DNA from: Epithemia pelagica
Taxonomy: Eukaryota; Protista; Bacillariophyta
Reading direction: 5' to 3'
NCBI GenBank assembly: GCA_946965045.2
Contig: OX337234.1
Span: forward strand, 2,852,001 to 2,916,000
Length of the DNA stretch: 64,000 nucleotides
In this document: positions 53,696 to 64,000 of the stretch, piece after piece
How the letters are laid out: every line of letters begins with the position of its first letter
Position numbering within the stretch: the first letter of the stretch is position 1
Program-made: the position numbers and the translations under genes
Notes under the pieces: generated by a model
The model's input: the letters and a program-made list of their open reading frames with translations, nothing else
What the model was told of the DNA's origin: nothing
Database searches by the model: none

Positions 53696-54252
53696 TTCGG
53701 ATGAGGATGTGACAAGAAGCAGGGGTGGTTGGTACCAGTTTATCCTTTGGATGTATCTATTCTTTATTCGTTCCCCAGAATAGATCCGGGGAGGTTGCAA
53801 AAGAAGAGTGGACAACGTCAATCGCGATGTCGTGATTCGTGATGCGTGTTGATGGGATGATGGGCAAAGCGGTCGGCGTACTGACGTTTTTATCGAAGAA
53901 CCACCCATCAAAGAAAAGATTCCAGATTCTTCATGATCCGTGACTGCAAACGAGAACTATCAAGACTGAGCTAGGGCCTTTAGGGCCTATCGATATCACG
54001 AGAGAAGGAGTACTCGAAGTACTCCTCTGGGAGTACGTTTTGTGCTTCAATCCCCAAGACATTTTCAAGATATCACGAAGTTCTACAAATGAAGCCAGGT
54101 CAACAATGAAGACGTTTAGACCTTAACCTTGCACTCCCTTCTGATACTTGACGGTAGGACACCTCATAGCCCCAATGAAACCCCCCACAGTAGTTTATGT
54201 ACCAAGCAATTCCATGATCTTTTCATCTTCTCGCGCAGAAGCTTGTCTCTTG

Positions 54253-55017
54253 TCATGCCATTGGTGCAGCTCGTGATGATAAGTTCTCATTGTGTTCGGC
54301 ATTGAGAAAGAAGCATGTAAGATTGGTAGGTAGAGGTTCCTCACCACATTCTGTAATGTCATCAAAGATGAGTCGCATCTGATCCAAGCTTGATTCCGCC
54401 GATGTAGAATCGAACAAAGTTTGATAGATGTAACCACTGTTGTTCAATAGGGCAAGCTCTAAAAGAACAAGTGATGAGTCTTCAGATCTGCCCAAAAGAC
54501 CCAAAGCTGCTTCGTAGGACACCAATGACTTGCTCCAACACTTTTCTTTACCAAGAGACAAGGCAGAGAACTGGAAGCACAAGCCAAGGTTATAGAACAT
54601 GATGCAGGCAAGCAGTGACTGTTCATCTTCCGTCTGAAATAGTTCGGAGTTTCCCTGTTCATCATGTGGCAAATCGAGAACAAGCGCCTTCCAATAAGGC
54701 AAGTAGGAGCTCAAGCTTGTGCACTTGTCAATGGTTTGAGGAACTGGAATGGGGATCGCACGGATTCTGACTTTCGAAGGAAGGCGACTTGCACGAAAAG
54801 GGAGTTCTAGGTCCATGCAGTCACACCCATCATCTCCTGGTTCTTCACCCTCGTCCATCCCATCTTCGAGTGAAAAGGCTTGGACATCCGAAATTGCCCG
54901 ATTCAACAGTTTTGCCGCCAACCTCAGACGCATGTCCATGAGTAAAGATACAGCTGCGTTGTTAGCCTGTACGATGGCCATGACTCTATTATCGTGGTAT
55001 GTGTTGATGGACATCAT
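54253..55017 (-). CDS. Diatom-type hypothetical helical protein (TPR-like, C-terminal AAxxA family)
   Basis: NNAAVSLL, IMFYNLGLCFQ, ALLNNSGYIY and FFLN...AAPMA pattern of a widely expanded diatom family. Confidence 0.65.
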   Translation of the reverse strand: MMSINTYHDNRVMAIVQANNAAVSLLMDMRLRLAAKLLNRAISDVQAFSLEDGMDEGEEPGDDGCDCMDLELPFRASRLPSKVRIRAIPIPVPQTIDKCTSLSSYLPYWKALVLDLPHDEQGNSELFQTEDEQSLLACIMFYNLGLCFQFSALSLGKEKCWSKSLVSYEAALGLLGRSEDSSLVLLELALLNNSGYIYQTLFDSTSAESSLDQMRLIFDDITECGEEPLPTNLTCFFLNAEHNENLSSRAAPMA

Positions 55018-57011
55018 TGAAAGCGATCAACAGGTGCTTAATCTTGGGTTTTGTATTTGTGAACCGCCCAGCAGCGTCGCAAAAATAGGCAACATGATGC
55101 GTACGTTCTTAGAGGATGCCTTTGAACTTCCGGCATCAGCATGGCATTCCAGTTGTTCTGATTGCTGTTTTCGAAAATATTATAATTATTCTGGCGGACA
55201 TACTGTCATCATTCGGAATTTGTTCTGTAGGATGATACCCCCTATATTTTCCCCCAAATTAGTATATGTCTCATGGTCACTTTTACCTATCACTCATCAC
55301 TCTCCACTCTCCATCAGTCCACCAAATTACTGGGGAGTAATCATTGATGACCTTATTCATCTTGTATTACTCCTATTGAAGCATCGCGGGTTAGGGATTG
55401 TCAACTGAATTTTTGCCCCTAGAGGTAGTTCCCCCAATTTTGTTTCCTCTTTTCTCTCTTTTCAATTAGCGGAATGAAAAATTACGCATTGCGCGTTTAG
55501 CGAACAAAGAAGTAGAATTGCTTCCCGCACACTCTTTGCTGTTTTCGATCTGTGATAATTCATTTAACTCTCATCTCTCATCTCTTCCTAATTCGCAATT
55601 CCTTATGCCTAATGCCCATTGCCCTTGTCCACGTCCACGTCCATCGTTCATGTCCATTGTCATTCGCCATTATTTCCCCTCCATATTGGTTAGGCGGCCA
55701 GACCAAACTCGGTCGCGTTTCGTGGACACGTGCTAGGGAAAGCTTTTGCTCTCAAATGGGGTGGCTTTGCCAGCTCTTCAACTGCCAGCAAGCGGCCCTG
55801 CGTGGATGACGGTTGGTTGTTTCATAATTCATAATACCGGACAAGCACACAATCCTTTTCTCTTGCCAAAGCACATCGTATCAATGACATTCCAGGTGAG
55901 CTTGATCCATTGAGGATTGCCATGACAATTACATTGCTCATGCTCACTCACACTTGTCACTTTTGCTTGCTCTGCTCATGGGACGAGAGTCTGCTCATCT
56001 GCTGTGTCTCTGGCTCAGCAGCTCATTACTTGCCATTGTTCATTTCTGTCGAAATGATACCCATAACTTCCATTGCATTTATCCACAGACTATAGACCTC
56101 CTTTTCTTTATTAACTAGAAATAGAACTCAAGTGCTAGCCATCCATAGAGTTTAGTGCCTTCTGTATTCGTGTAGTACATCAGTTTTCTGTTTTGAGCAC
56201 GTCAATGACCCTCAGTTTCACCATGAACACACGACAGAGCAGCTCTTACACGCTTGTACAGCTACAAATTGAATCATTCGCTGTTTGACTCTAGCTCTAG
56301 GAGCTGATAATTCGAAAGTAGGGTGTGGCAAGTGGCAAGAGCAAGATCGAGCCATCTACTTGAAGCAAAAACAACAAAATTTTCGGTCGTTGAGAAATGA
56401 TTGACAATGATACTATGAATAGTGAATCATCTATCCTACAGGAAACATGAAAGTAACCAACCAGCCAACAATCAAACGACAAAAGAATTACAAGAAGGGG
56501 AAAGGGAAGGATATTCCACTTGACCACAAGCAGCTTACACCCAGTCTACTCGTACAACATGAGACAAATCCAAAGGATCATGCAAGAACAAAAGGAAGGA
56601 TTGCAGCAGTGATGAGTAAGAAGAAAGAAAAGGAGACGACAAGATTAGAAACAAGCAGCAGTAGTGAGAAGTTAAATGCGATTCAGCCCAGCATGATCCG
56701 TCCATGGTTCTTACCTCACGTCATGGTCAAGCATTTGCCTCGGTTTTGGGTTTTGTGACAGACGAGAACAAGAGGGTTGCCCAAATTTATGAGCATTCAG
56801 AAACCACTGGACGCAAGCCGACCTGTATGAAACGGTGTTGGCAATTAGAGATACTTAGAGCTACCTGGAGCAGTGGCGGGCGATATTAAAAAAAGATAGG
56901 GTTGGGGATATGTCTGGCCGCCTCACCAATATGGAGGGGAAATAATGGCGAATTTCATGATCAGATATCAGATATCAGATCATCGATCATACGAGTAATG
57001 ACGCCCATCAT

Positions 57012-57075
57012 GAATCATGACCGATGATGAATGATGAGATCACGAATCATGACCGATGATGAATGATGAGATCAC
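57012..57075. repeat. 32-bp perfect tandem duplication
   Basis: GAATCATGACCGATGATGAATGATGAGATCAC x2. Confidence 0.9.
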
Positions 57076-58853
57076 ACTGGGACCTGGGACCCTTATTCTG
57101 ATTTCTGATCTTTGGCTTGCCCTTTGTCGTTTGTCGGTTGCCGCGAGATAACGTAAACGTACAAGTCGTATGGAAATAATAATGATCTTATAATAACACC
57201 CTATACCCTGTCTTTTGTCCCACCATTTTCAATTATCGTATTTCATTAATTTCTAATTTCGTCTTTACTCGTATTGTCATACACGAACTTTATTCTTTCT
57301 ACGTTCAACTTTCAAATGCCTAGGTTCGGAGATGGACAAAAATGCGTAGACACTATTGTAAGGCTGTGTCCAGGGAATAACACCGATTTCTTCTTTCTCC
57401 CTTCTAGACAAGCTAGGACACCCAGGGGTAGCTAATACTTACTTCTGGCGTGAGGAGTACGAGTAGAGAGGGAGTAGAGAGTTAGTCCACTCTACTCCTA
57501 GTAGAAAAGAGGCAGTACGAATTAAGGTAGGGTGATTAGTAGTAGGTATTAGGTATACTCCTATTTATGAGTATTCACTTCCGGACAATCTAAAACATCC
57601 GCCTCTTCTAGCTAGTAGAGGAGTACTTACTCCTACTCCTAGAGCTAGAGATCCTAGAGGATAGAGGATGCTAGAGCTTCTCTTCAATCTTAAGTCTACC
57701 CTATCAATTTTTCATGCCCGCTTTTTTGCCCAGCCCCAACCAAGAACTAACAGTATTGGGAATTGGGATTATTATAATAAATGACAGGAGGCGGCGTCAA
57801 CTCGTGACTCTTTGCGTGAACGTGAACTGCTAGGTCAGAGTGGGTAGTGGGCAGTGGACGTGTGGAACAATCTCGAACGTCAAAAGCGATTTTGTCGTTT
57901 GATTGATTGGTCTTTTATCTGATATGTGACATGTCCTTCTCCTCTACTACAGGCTACAGGAGGTCCTCTTTCGAGGGGGGCTAGTATAGAGTATAGGACA
58001 TCCCAATTCCCAATCTCAAAGTAGAGGCTTGCTAAAATTGAACAGTTTCCCCGCATGATCCTTATTTCTTGTTTGGTTGTTGTGGCTTTGGGCCGTACTA
58101 GTAGTTATCCTTCTTTCGGCGAACACAAGAGAATGTAGCGACGAGTAGAGAAAGTACATCATCCACTATTCAAAGTCCTTTTGAGTTATAAAAAGACGAC
58201 GGAGCCAATAGCCAAGTGTCACATTCTCGGCAAGGGAAGGGATCGCCAAGCGACACGTTACTGTCCGGAATAGTATTGCACGATTGGGAACAACGTTCAT
58301 CGTTCACCTGGCATGCCGAATACCATCCTGAGTTGTTAACAGCGAGTAGCGGCAAGATTGCGAACAAAGCCCCTCGTTCACCTGACATATCGAAAATCAT
58401 CACGCTACTTCGACAGACAGTAGTTTTAGGGTTAGGGAGGTTGCTTCATCCTTCATAGAGAGTCTTCAGTGCTCAACTTAACCGCTGGCATGGAAACGAA
58501 AGATGCATCAAACACTTTCATCAAAAGCAAGAGTTACGCGGAAAGGCCGACGACCTGCAGATCATTCTGGATGACACGCCGATGCCCTGCCAAAGGGGAA
58601 TGTACAACGCAAAAACAATGAGTGCGATATAGTAAACAACTGCGGCCATTGTGCGAAGCTTTGTTGAGTTTTCTTTAGCACGGAGCCGATTGCCAAATGC
58701 TAACACATCAGACTGTGTTCATGGCTGCCCAGAGGACCCGTGCATTCTCATGTGGTACACACAAATCGACTTACCTGACAAGAGACAACTTGACCAAGGG
58801 AAGAAGAAAAAGACCGAGTCCGTGTTGACTCGGACAAAAAGGGCCCGTATTTT

Positions 58854-60763
58854 TCAAAATGAGAATGCAAAAGTAAATGAGGCATCGTTTGGTTCTGTCT
58901 CGGTGGTGACTTTCGCCCGAGACATAACGCTGGAGGTACGGGGGCTTGCAGAAGACACTGACTCTTCTTGTGCTGACGATTTGGCCAAACCTTTCGTCAT
59001 TATTGATCCTGATTGTTCTCTAGATACCACGTCTTCACCAGCAGTTTGACTGCCTTTCATAGCCAATGTATTTTTCGGTGAAGACCATGCTCGGCATGTC
59101 CAATCACGTTCCGCAAGGGCCTCTTCCAGCCAATCATTGTGTTGACACTTTAAGTGATCCACAAATGCCCCGTATAGCTCCTGGACTCCGCACGATCCCT
59201 ACAGCCAGAGATTTGGTCCTCTTTCTGGTCCAGAAATTTCAAGACATTGGATAGGTTCGATTGACTGACGTAGTTGTGTGTGATGGCAATGTTCAGACCA
59301 TCATCCAGATTGATCACCATATGCCACCATCCATGCGGGACAAAGACGACATCCCCTGGAAAAGCAGTGCATTCGAGTGGTCGTTGATCGGGAGGAGCAT
59401 GCAGCAGTCGGTCCACATGATCGGGCCAAAACTGAAATATCCATTCGCCGACCGTCAGCGGCAAGGCCACGGAATCGGCATCGGCCGAAGGGTGTACACC
59501 AGGTGGTGCGACTCCAGGTGGATAAAAGATCCACCTCTTACGACCACGAATCGCTGCATTCCAGGCATGGGTAGCGTTTGGATCCATGTGGAACACAGAT
59601 CCACTTCGCTTCGGGCCCATAATCACTTTGTGAGAAAGAACAACACAACAATGTTAGCATAGATATTCAAAGATAATAAGAGAAGGAATCAATGACTCAG
59701 TAGCACCATACTTACACCATGTATGATCAGGCCTTCGACCCTCCCCTAACAGCGAAAACAAGTCGTGCTGTGGACACTGGGTGGAGTCCCAATAGGGACA
59801 AGACTCTTGCATATCCGGATGAAAGTCCTCCCACAAAACACTGTGAGGATTCAAGGCTGTGCGATCAAACAAGTACAGCGGCGCTTCTTCCAAGACGGTG
59901 GGATCCCAGTGGCAGTACTTGCGATAGGCAGGAAAGGTGAATTGTGCTGACAGGGGAGCCGCACCGCTTGTGGCACGAAAATCTCGTCCGTCCATGTGCT
60001 CGGACAAATAGCAGTCGTCCTGTCCCACGTTCCAACTCTGGCATGCCTTCCAATTCGATGCCGCTTGACTGACAATCACAGGCCGGTTCATTTGCTCATA
60101 GTCTTGGTAAAAACGTTCCGGTGTCATCTCTCTCCATGGAATCCGTGAGACGGAGAAGGGTGGTAATTCTTCGGGTTGTTCCAGCCATTGCTTGGGGATG
60201 CAGAATGTTCGACAAGAATGCAAGCGATAAAAGTAATCGCTGTAAACTCCCGACACAGGTATTGGTCGATGAGGCACAATGGGAGCTCCTTGAATGAGCT
60301 GTACATAGGTATCTTTCCATGTGGGTTAGAGGAACGTCAGAACATGGGCATTGTTTGTTGTAGATTCGGACGAAAGCCTTTGTCGTTTGTTTTGTGACTC
60401 CAAATGTCGAAGGACCAAGTCTCTCCATAGCTCGAGTTGATGACAGGCTGCATATAAAAACCGTGAACACTGGGAAACTCGCGCCAAATCGCGTCCATCG
60501 CAAAAGGACAAAATGTGATGACACACTTCCTCGTACTTGGAGAGCAGAGAATTGGACGACGTTCCACCTATGGTGACCCCGTAATGATTCGTCGTCGTAA
60601 ACTGATTGCCTCCCGGTAAGATTCCATATGGGTGAGATACCTCCAAATCCATAAACTCTTCCAAACGAGGTAATCGTTGCCGACGCCGCCCTCGTTTCTG
60701 AGTCTGCTCGTCCTTCTTTAACGCTGGTGCATCGAACCTCGTTCTCTTCTCTGTCACGACCAT
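58854..60763 (-). pseudogene. F-box + JmjC (JMJD6/JMJ22-like) gene with in-frame stop and frameshift
   Basis: F-box (CHHILSFCDGRDLARVSQCSRFLY...LWRDL); TAA at 60328-60326 just before PTWKDTY; intron 59715-59626; JmjC GSVFHMDP...HGWWHMVIN; frame change at ~59180. Confidence 0.75.
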
Positions 60764-61154
60764 GGTGTCTCCTTTCTCAACTATACCTATCTGTAAAAAG
60801 ATACATATATCTTCCTGCATGCGATCCCATCGGACTTCATTGCTTCCGTTGCGAACTCTCACCGGCCATTTTTGCTTGGCTTCGAAGTGAGCGTCTGTAC
60901 GTCGACCGGCCGCATGAAAGCTATGTGAGCTATGACTATGTGAGCTATGAATGAGCCCGCCACCCGCCATGAAGATGGCGAGAGAATGAAAGGATCACGC
61001 CATTTTTTGGTTTAGGAAGTATGGCATTCCCTTCAAAACCTCTTGAAGGGAGAGAAGCTATGTCATGAAAAGACGGCAACCTCAATTCAGGACCTGAAAA
61101 GAAGAGAACGACAATGCGATCTCAAGTGCATCATCTGAACCTCAGGCAACTTTA

Positions 61155-63674
61155 CTAAATTCGATTTCTGGAATTGTAGATTCTCAACGAATGAGGATTG
61201 GTGGCACCCCCACCAGTCGTGGCGACCAAAAGCCATTCTTCCGATGGGTGTAGGGCTAAAGCAGAAACCGTCCAGGAGGGCTGGGGTTGCTTCTTTTTCG
61301 TGTTGGTGACCAAAGGGATCGAGTGCACTCGACCAGTACTTCGATGGCAAAGCATCAAGCTAGGCGCATCTTCGTTGTCCTCATCTCGTACAAATCGTTG
61401 CAACACCGAACTACTCGTAGCCACGCCATTCCCCACCAATACTCGTTGATCCTGCGGTGGCAAATACTGCGAAACGGCTGGCACTTTGGTCCATACGAGC
61501 GATTGTGTGGATCCCGTGCCCGTTACAGAGCCCGAGGCTGGCAAACTCCAGTCAGTTGTGGTCATGTTGGCAACGACTTGGCCACGGTCATTGTAGGAAA
61601 CAATTTTGGGTGTCGCATAGAGAACCTCCACCTCTCGGGCACGCAAGGCATGTTTGGTTCCACTACTCGTCGTCGTCGTCGTCGATGACAATGGCAATCG
61701 CGCCTGGACGGCCCATCCACCGGGTGTATGCCACGACACGTGCAGAATGGGTCCACTCAAGGCTGCGGGCACGAGATGGACAATGCCCATGGCACCGACC
61801 GACTTGGGATGGGCAAAGGCTGTGAGGGTCGACCATTGTCGCACAATGGTGGGCATGGGAGACACGGAAAAGGCCGCTTGTTGTTGCTGTGTCCAGTCCA
61901 AGAGCGTCAAGTGACCGTGTTGGGAGCCTAGCAGGACCGTGTTGTGCGAGACTGATACCATGCTGGTAATGGGTTGACCGGACCAGGTCCATTTCCACAA
62001 GAGTTTGGCCTTTTGCGGAGGACGGATGGCATAACAAGCCACGTGGTTTCCCACACTTACCAGCAAGTGCTCAGGACTGACAAATAAGAGATTTCCTAGG
62101 GCACTGCCACAACGACACATGGAAGAATCCAGCAACACGGTTTGTTTGGGAGGACCATGCTGAGGCACATTTGACCACGAGGATTGAGTGGGTCCTTTCT
62201 CCTCCATCCACGCCATGACATGTCCCAAATCGTAAATGAGAACATGGCCATTTCTGAATTATAGTGATATGAAACATGAAACGTCACAAGTGTAAGGAAT
62301 CAGATAATAATCCAGAGATTGATTGGGCAATCTTGTAGCAACTTACAGATGCAACAAGGCTATGATATCGGGATTGTGAGCATTCCAATTGAGGGCAAGG
62401 TATCCAAGGCTGGATGTCGAATCTCCCGTTGGCAAAGAGATGGGAACCATCATTGTGGGAGACACGTGAAAACAACCCGAGGCGCGAGCTTGATTGCTGG
62501 TCGAACGATTGCGTTCACTGGTAGTTGTAGTGCTGGCAGTGGCCTCCGTGGTATTGCGATCCGTAGTATTGTTTGTTTTGTCGTTGGTAGGGGGTGCACC
62601 TTGTGCTGTCGTTCTTGACGTGTCGTCCTTGTCTGCACACGAACGCAAATGACGACGACGACGACGCTCTTGTTGCAGAATCGACTTTTGTTGACCGTAC
62701 CGATTCCGTCCTTGTCGATCCGCGGCAATGACGCTGTCCCAATCGTAAATGACCAAGGTCGAAGTGACCAAGACGGCCAACAATACTCCGTCCGGATCCC
62801 ATTGCACATGACGAATGGGATGTCGGTGATGGTTATGCAAAGGTGTGGAGAGTTGCAACCAGGGTGCAACCTTCCACGGTGGAGGTTGAATAGGAGGAAC
62901 TGCTTGTTGTTGTAGGCAGTACTGGTGGGGTCCATGAGTCGCACGATGATTCAACCAGTGCACAATCCCAGAACTTGGAGACGCAGCCGTCGTTCCATCG
63001 TTTGACTTTGACGAGACATTGGTAGTTTCGGCAAGGTCTGACTTGGTGATGATTGTTTCCGTGGAAGGTGGATTGACAAGATGTGGTTGGTAGTTTGCCA
63101 TCATTTGTGTCGATAGTTTTGTGGATTGGGAACTCGAAGTTTTCTCATCTTGAACAGCTGCATTTTCTAGCCGATGTTGTCCACGTGCGTTGGATCTTGG
63201 TTTCGCCGTTTGTTTCTTCGTACTTGACAACGGTGTTTGAAGAGAGGCGCCTTGTTCCTTTTTCGTTTTTTTGGAACTGGAGGCCGCACGTGGTTGCAAA
63301 AAGCTGGACAAGTTGCCTTGTCGAAGGGTCGAATCTTTTGCTTTTGTGGTCTTTGGCCTTGATCGTTCATTGGTTTGGCCTGGAGTCTGACGGTTCGCGA
63401 TTGTTCGCGTTGTTGCACACGGCTTTTTGGAGGACAGAAAAGACGTGGCTGGTCGTTCTCGCTTTGAACCTGTGGTCGGACCTCGTAGTAGGGAATTTGT
63501 ACCAGAGGATGCCGTTGGTTTGCTGAGCGGTTTTGACGAATGGTTCCGTGAGCCCTTGGTTGTGCTCCGCTCTTTGCTAAGTCCCTTTTGGTCGTCTTTG
63601 TTGTTGGATAAGCGACGTAGCACGTTCTTGCTTCGGTCGTCGTTGGTCATGCTTCTTCTGTCGTCGATGGTCAT
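61155..63674 (-). CDS. Hypothetical protein with disordered N-terminus and degenerate WD40-like repeats (at least 2 exons)
   Basis: ORFs 62343-63674 and 61155-62228 on the same strand, separated by an AT-rich gap. WD-like blocks IRHVQWDPDGVLLAV, ITSMVSV..LLGSQHGHLTLLDW and VSALALHPSEEWLLV. Confidence 0.5.
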
Positions 63675-64000
63675 GCTTGTTTTCTGAGTTGATACCTGTT
63701 ATCATGGGAGTCCTCCCAATCTCAAATCTCAATTCCAGCAGCAATCGGTTTGTTGGAGTTGGAGGCACTCATCCGAAAAGGCGGGGGAAGTCATGCGCGT
63801 TTGTGTGTTCGCCATACGCGAAAAAAAGACTTCCAGTCGCGGTAATTTATGGCGCGCTGAATTGCGCCACCACAAGTATTCTAGCGTGGTATGTGGACTC
63901 TAGTAGCCTAGCTCCTCTATTCTACGGAATTGACGAACTTGTCCAAGAACAAAATAGGAGTACATCATGAGACATCAAAAGCCACCAACGAGCATCCAGT

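Noticed and set aside
56447-56900. Possible gene remnant (basic N-terminus, weak ankyrin-like words)
   Set aside because: Fragmented across frames with no convincing motif.
58423-58436. TTAGGG telomeric motif
   Set aside because: Only two units; expected by chance.
58170-58706. Short minus-strand ORFs with a hydrophobic stretch downstream of the JmjC gene
   Set aside because: Cannot be joined into a supported model; no family recognised.
60300-60400. Intron removing the TAA in the F-box/JmjC gene (CTAAC branch-like motif present)
   Set aside because: Only weak donors (GTCACA/GTCCGA/GTTCTG), and any such intron would delete the conserved WKDTY motif or be ~31 nt.
1-64000. tRNA or rRNA genes
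   Set aside because: No cloverleaf, A/B-box or rRNA signature was noticed by eye; tRNAscan-SE/Infernal was not run.

Overview
64-kb window of a eukaryotic nuclear genome, most likely a pennate diatom. This is inferred from the CoDi-type Ty1/copia element, bipartite plastid-targeting leaders, short GT-AG introns and diatom-type expanded families. About 20 host genes or gene remnants are present: phytol/dolichol-kinase-like, DUF1990, a long tandem-repeat membrane protein, adenylate kinase, PhzF-like, DUF445, WAPL-like, TPR-SET, GT92, AMMECR1, UVR-SnoaL, F-box/JmjC and WD40-like. A 7.4-kb LTR retrotransposon (7443-14860) has identical 153-bp TA...TA LTRs and no tRNA-type PBS. Its leader folds back ~540 nt onto the PBS position, and gag and pol are in frame across one TGA that lies inside a perfect hairpin. 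Four paralogous genes (20.4-34.2 kb) encode a transposase-like HTH / HMG-like / HTH protein with no DDE domain; copies 3 and 4 are nearly identical around the HTH but differ sharply in the predicted recognition helix, and all four helices differ. A ~750-bp long-TIR non-autonomous element and several disabled genes are also present. All family assignments come from motif recognition by eye; no database search was run.
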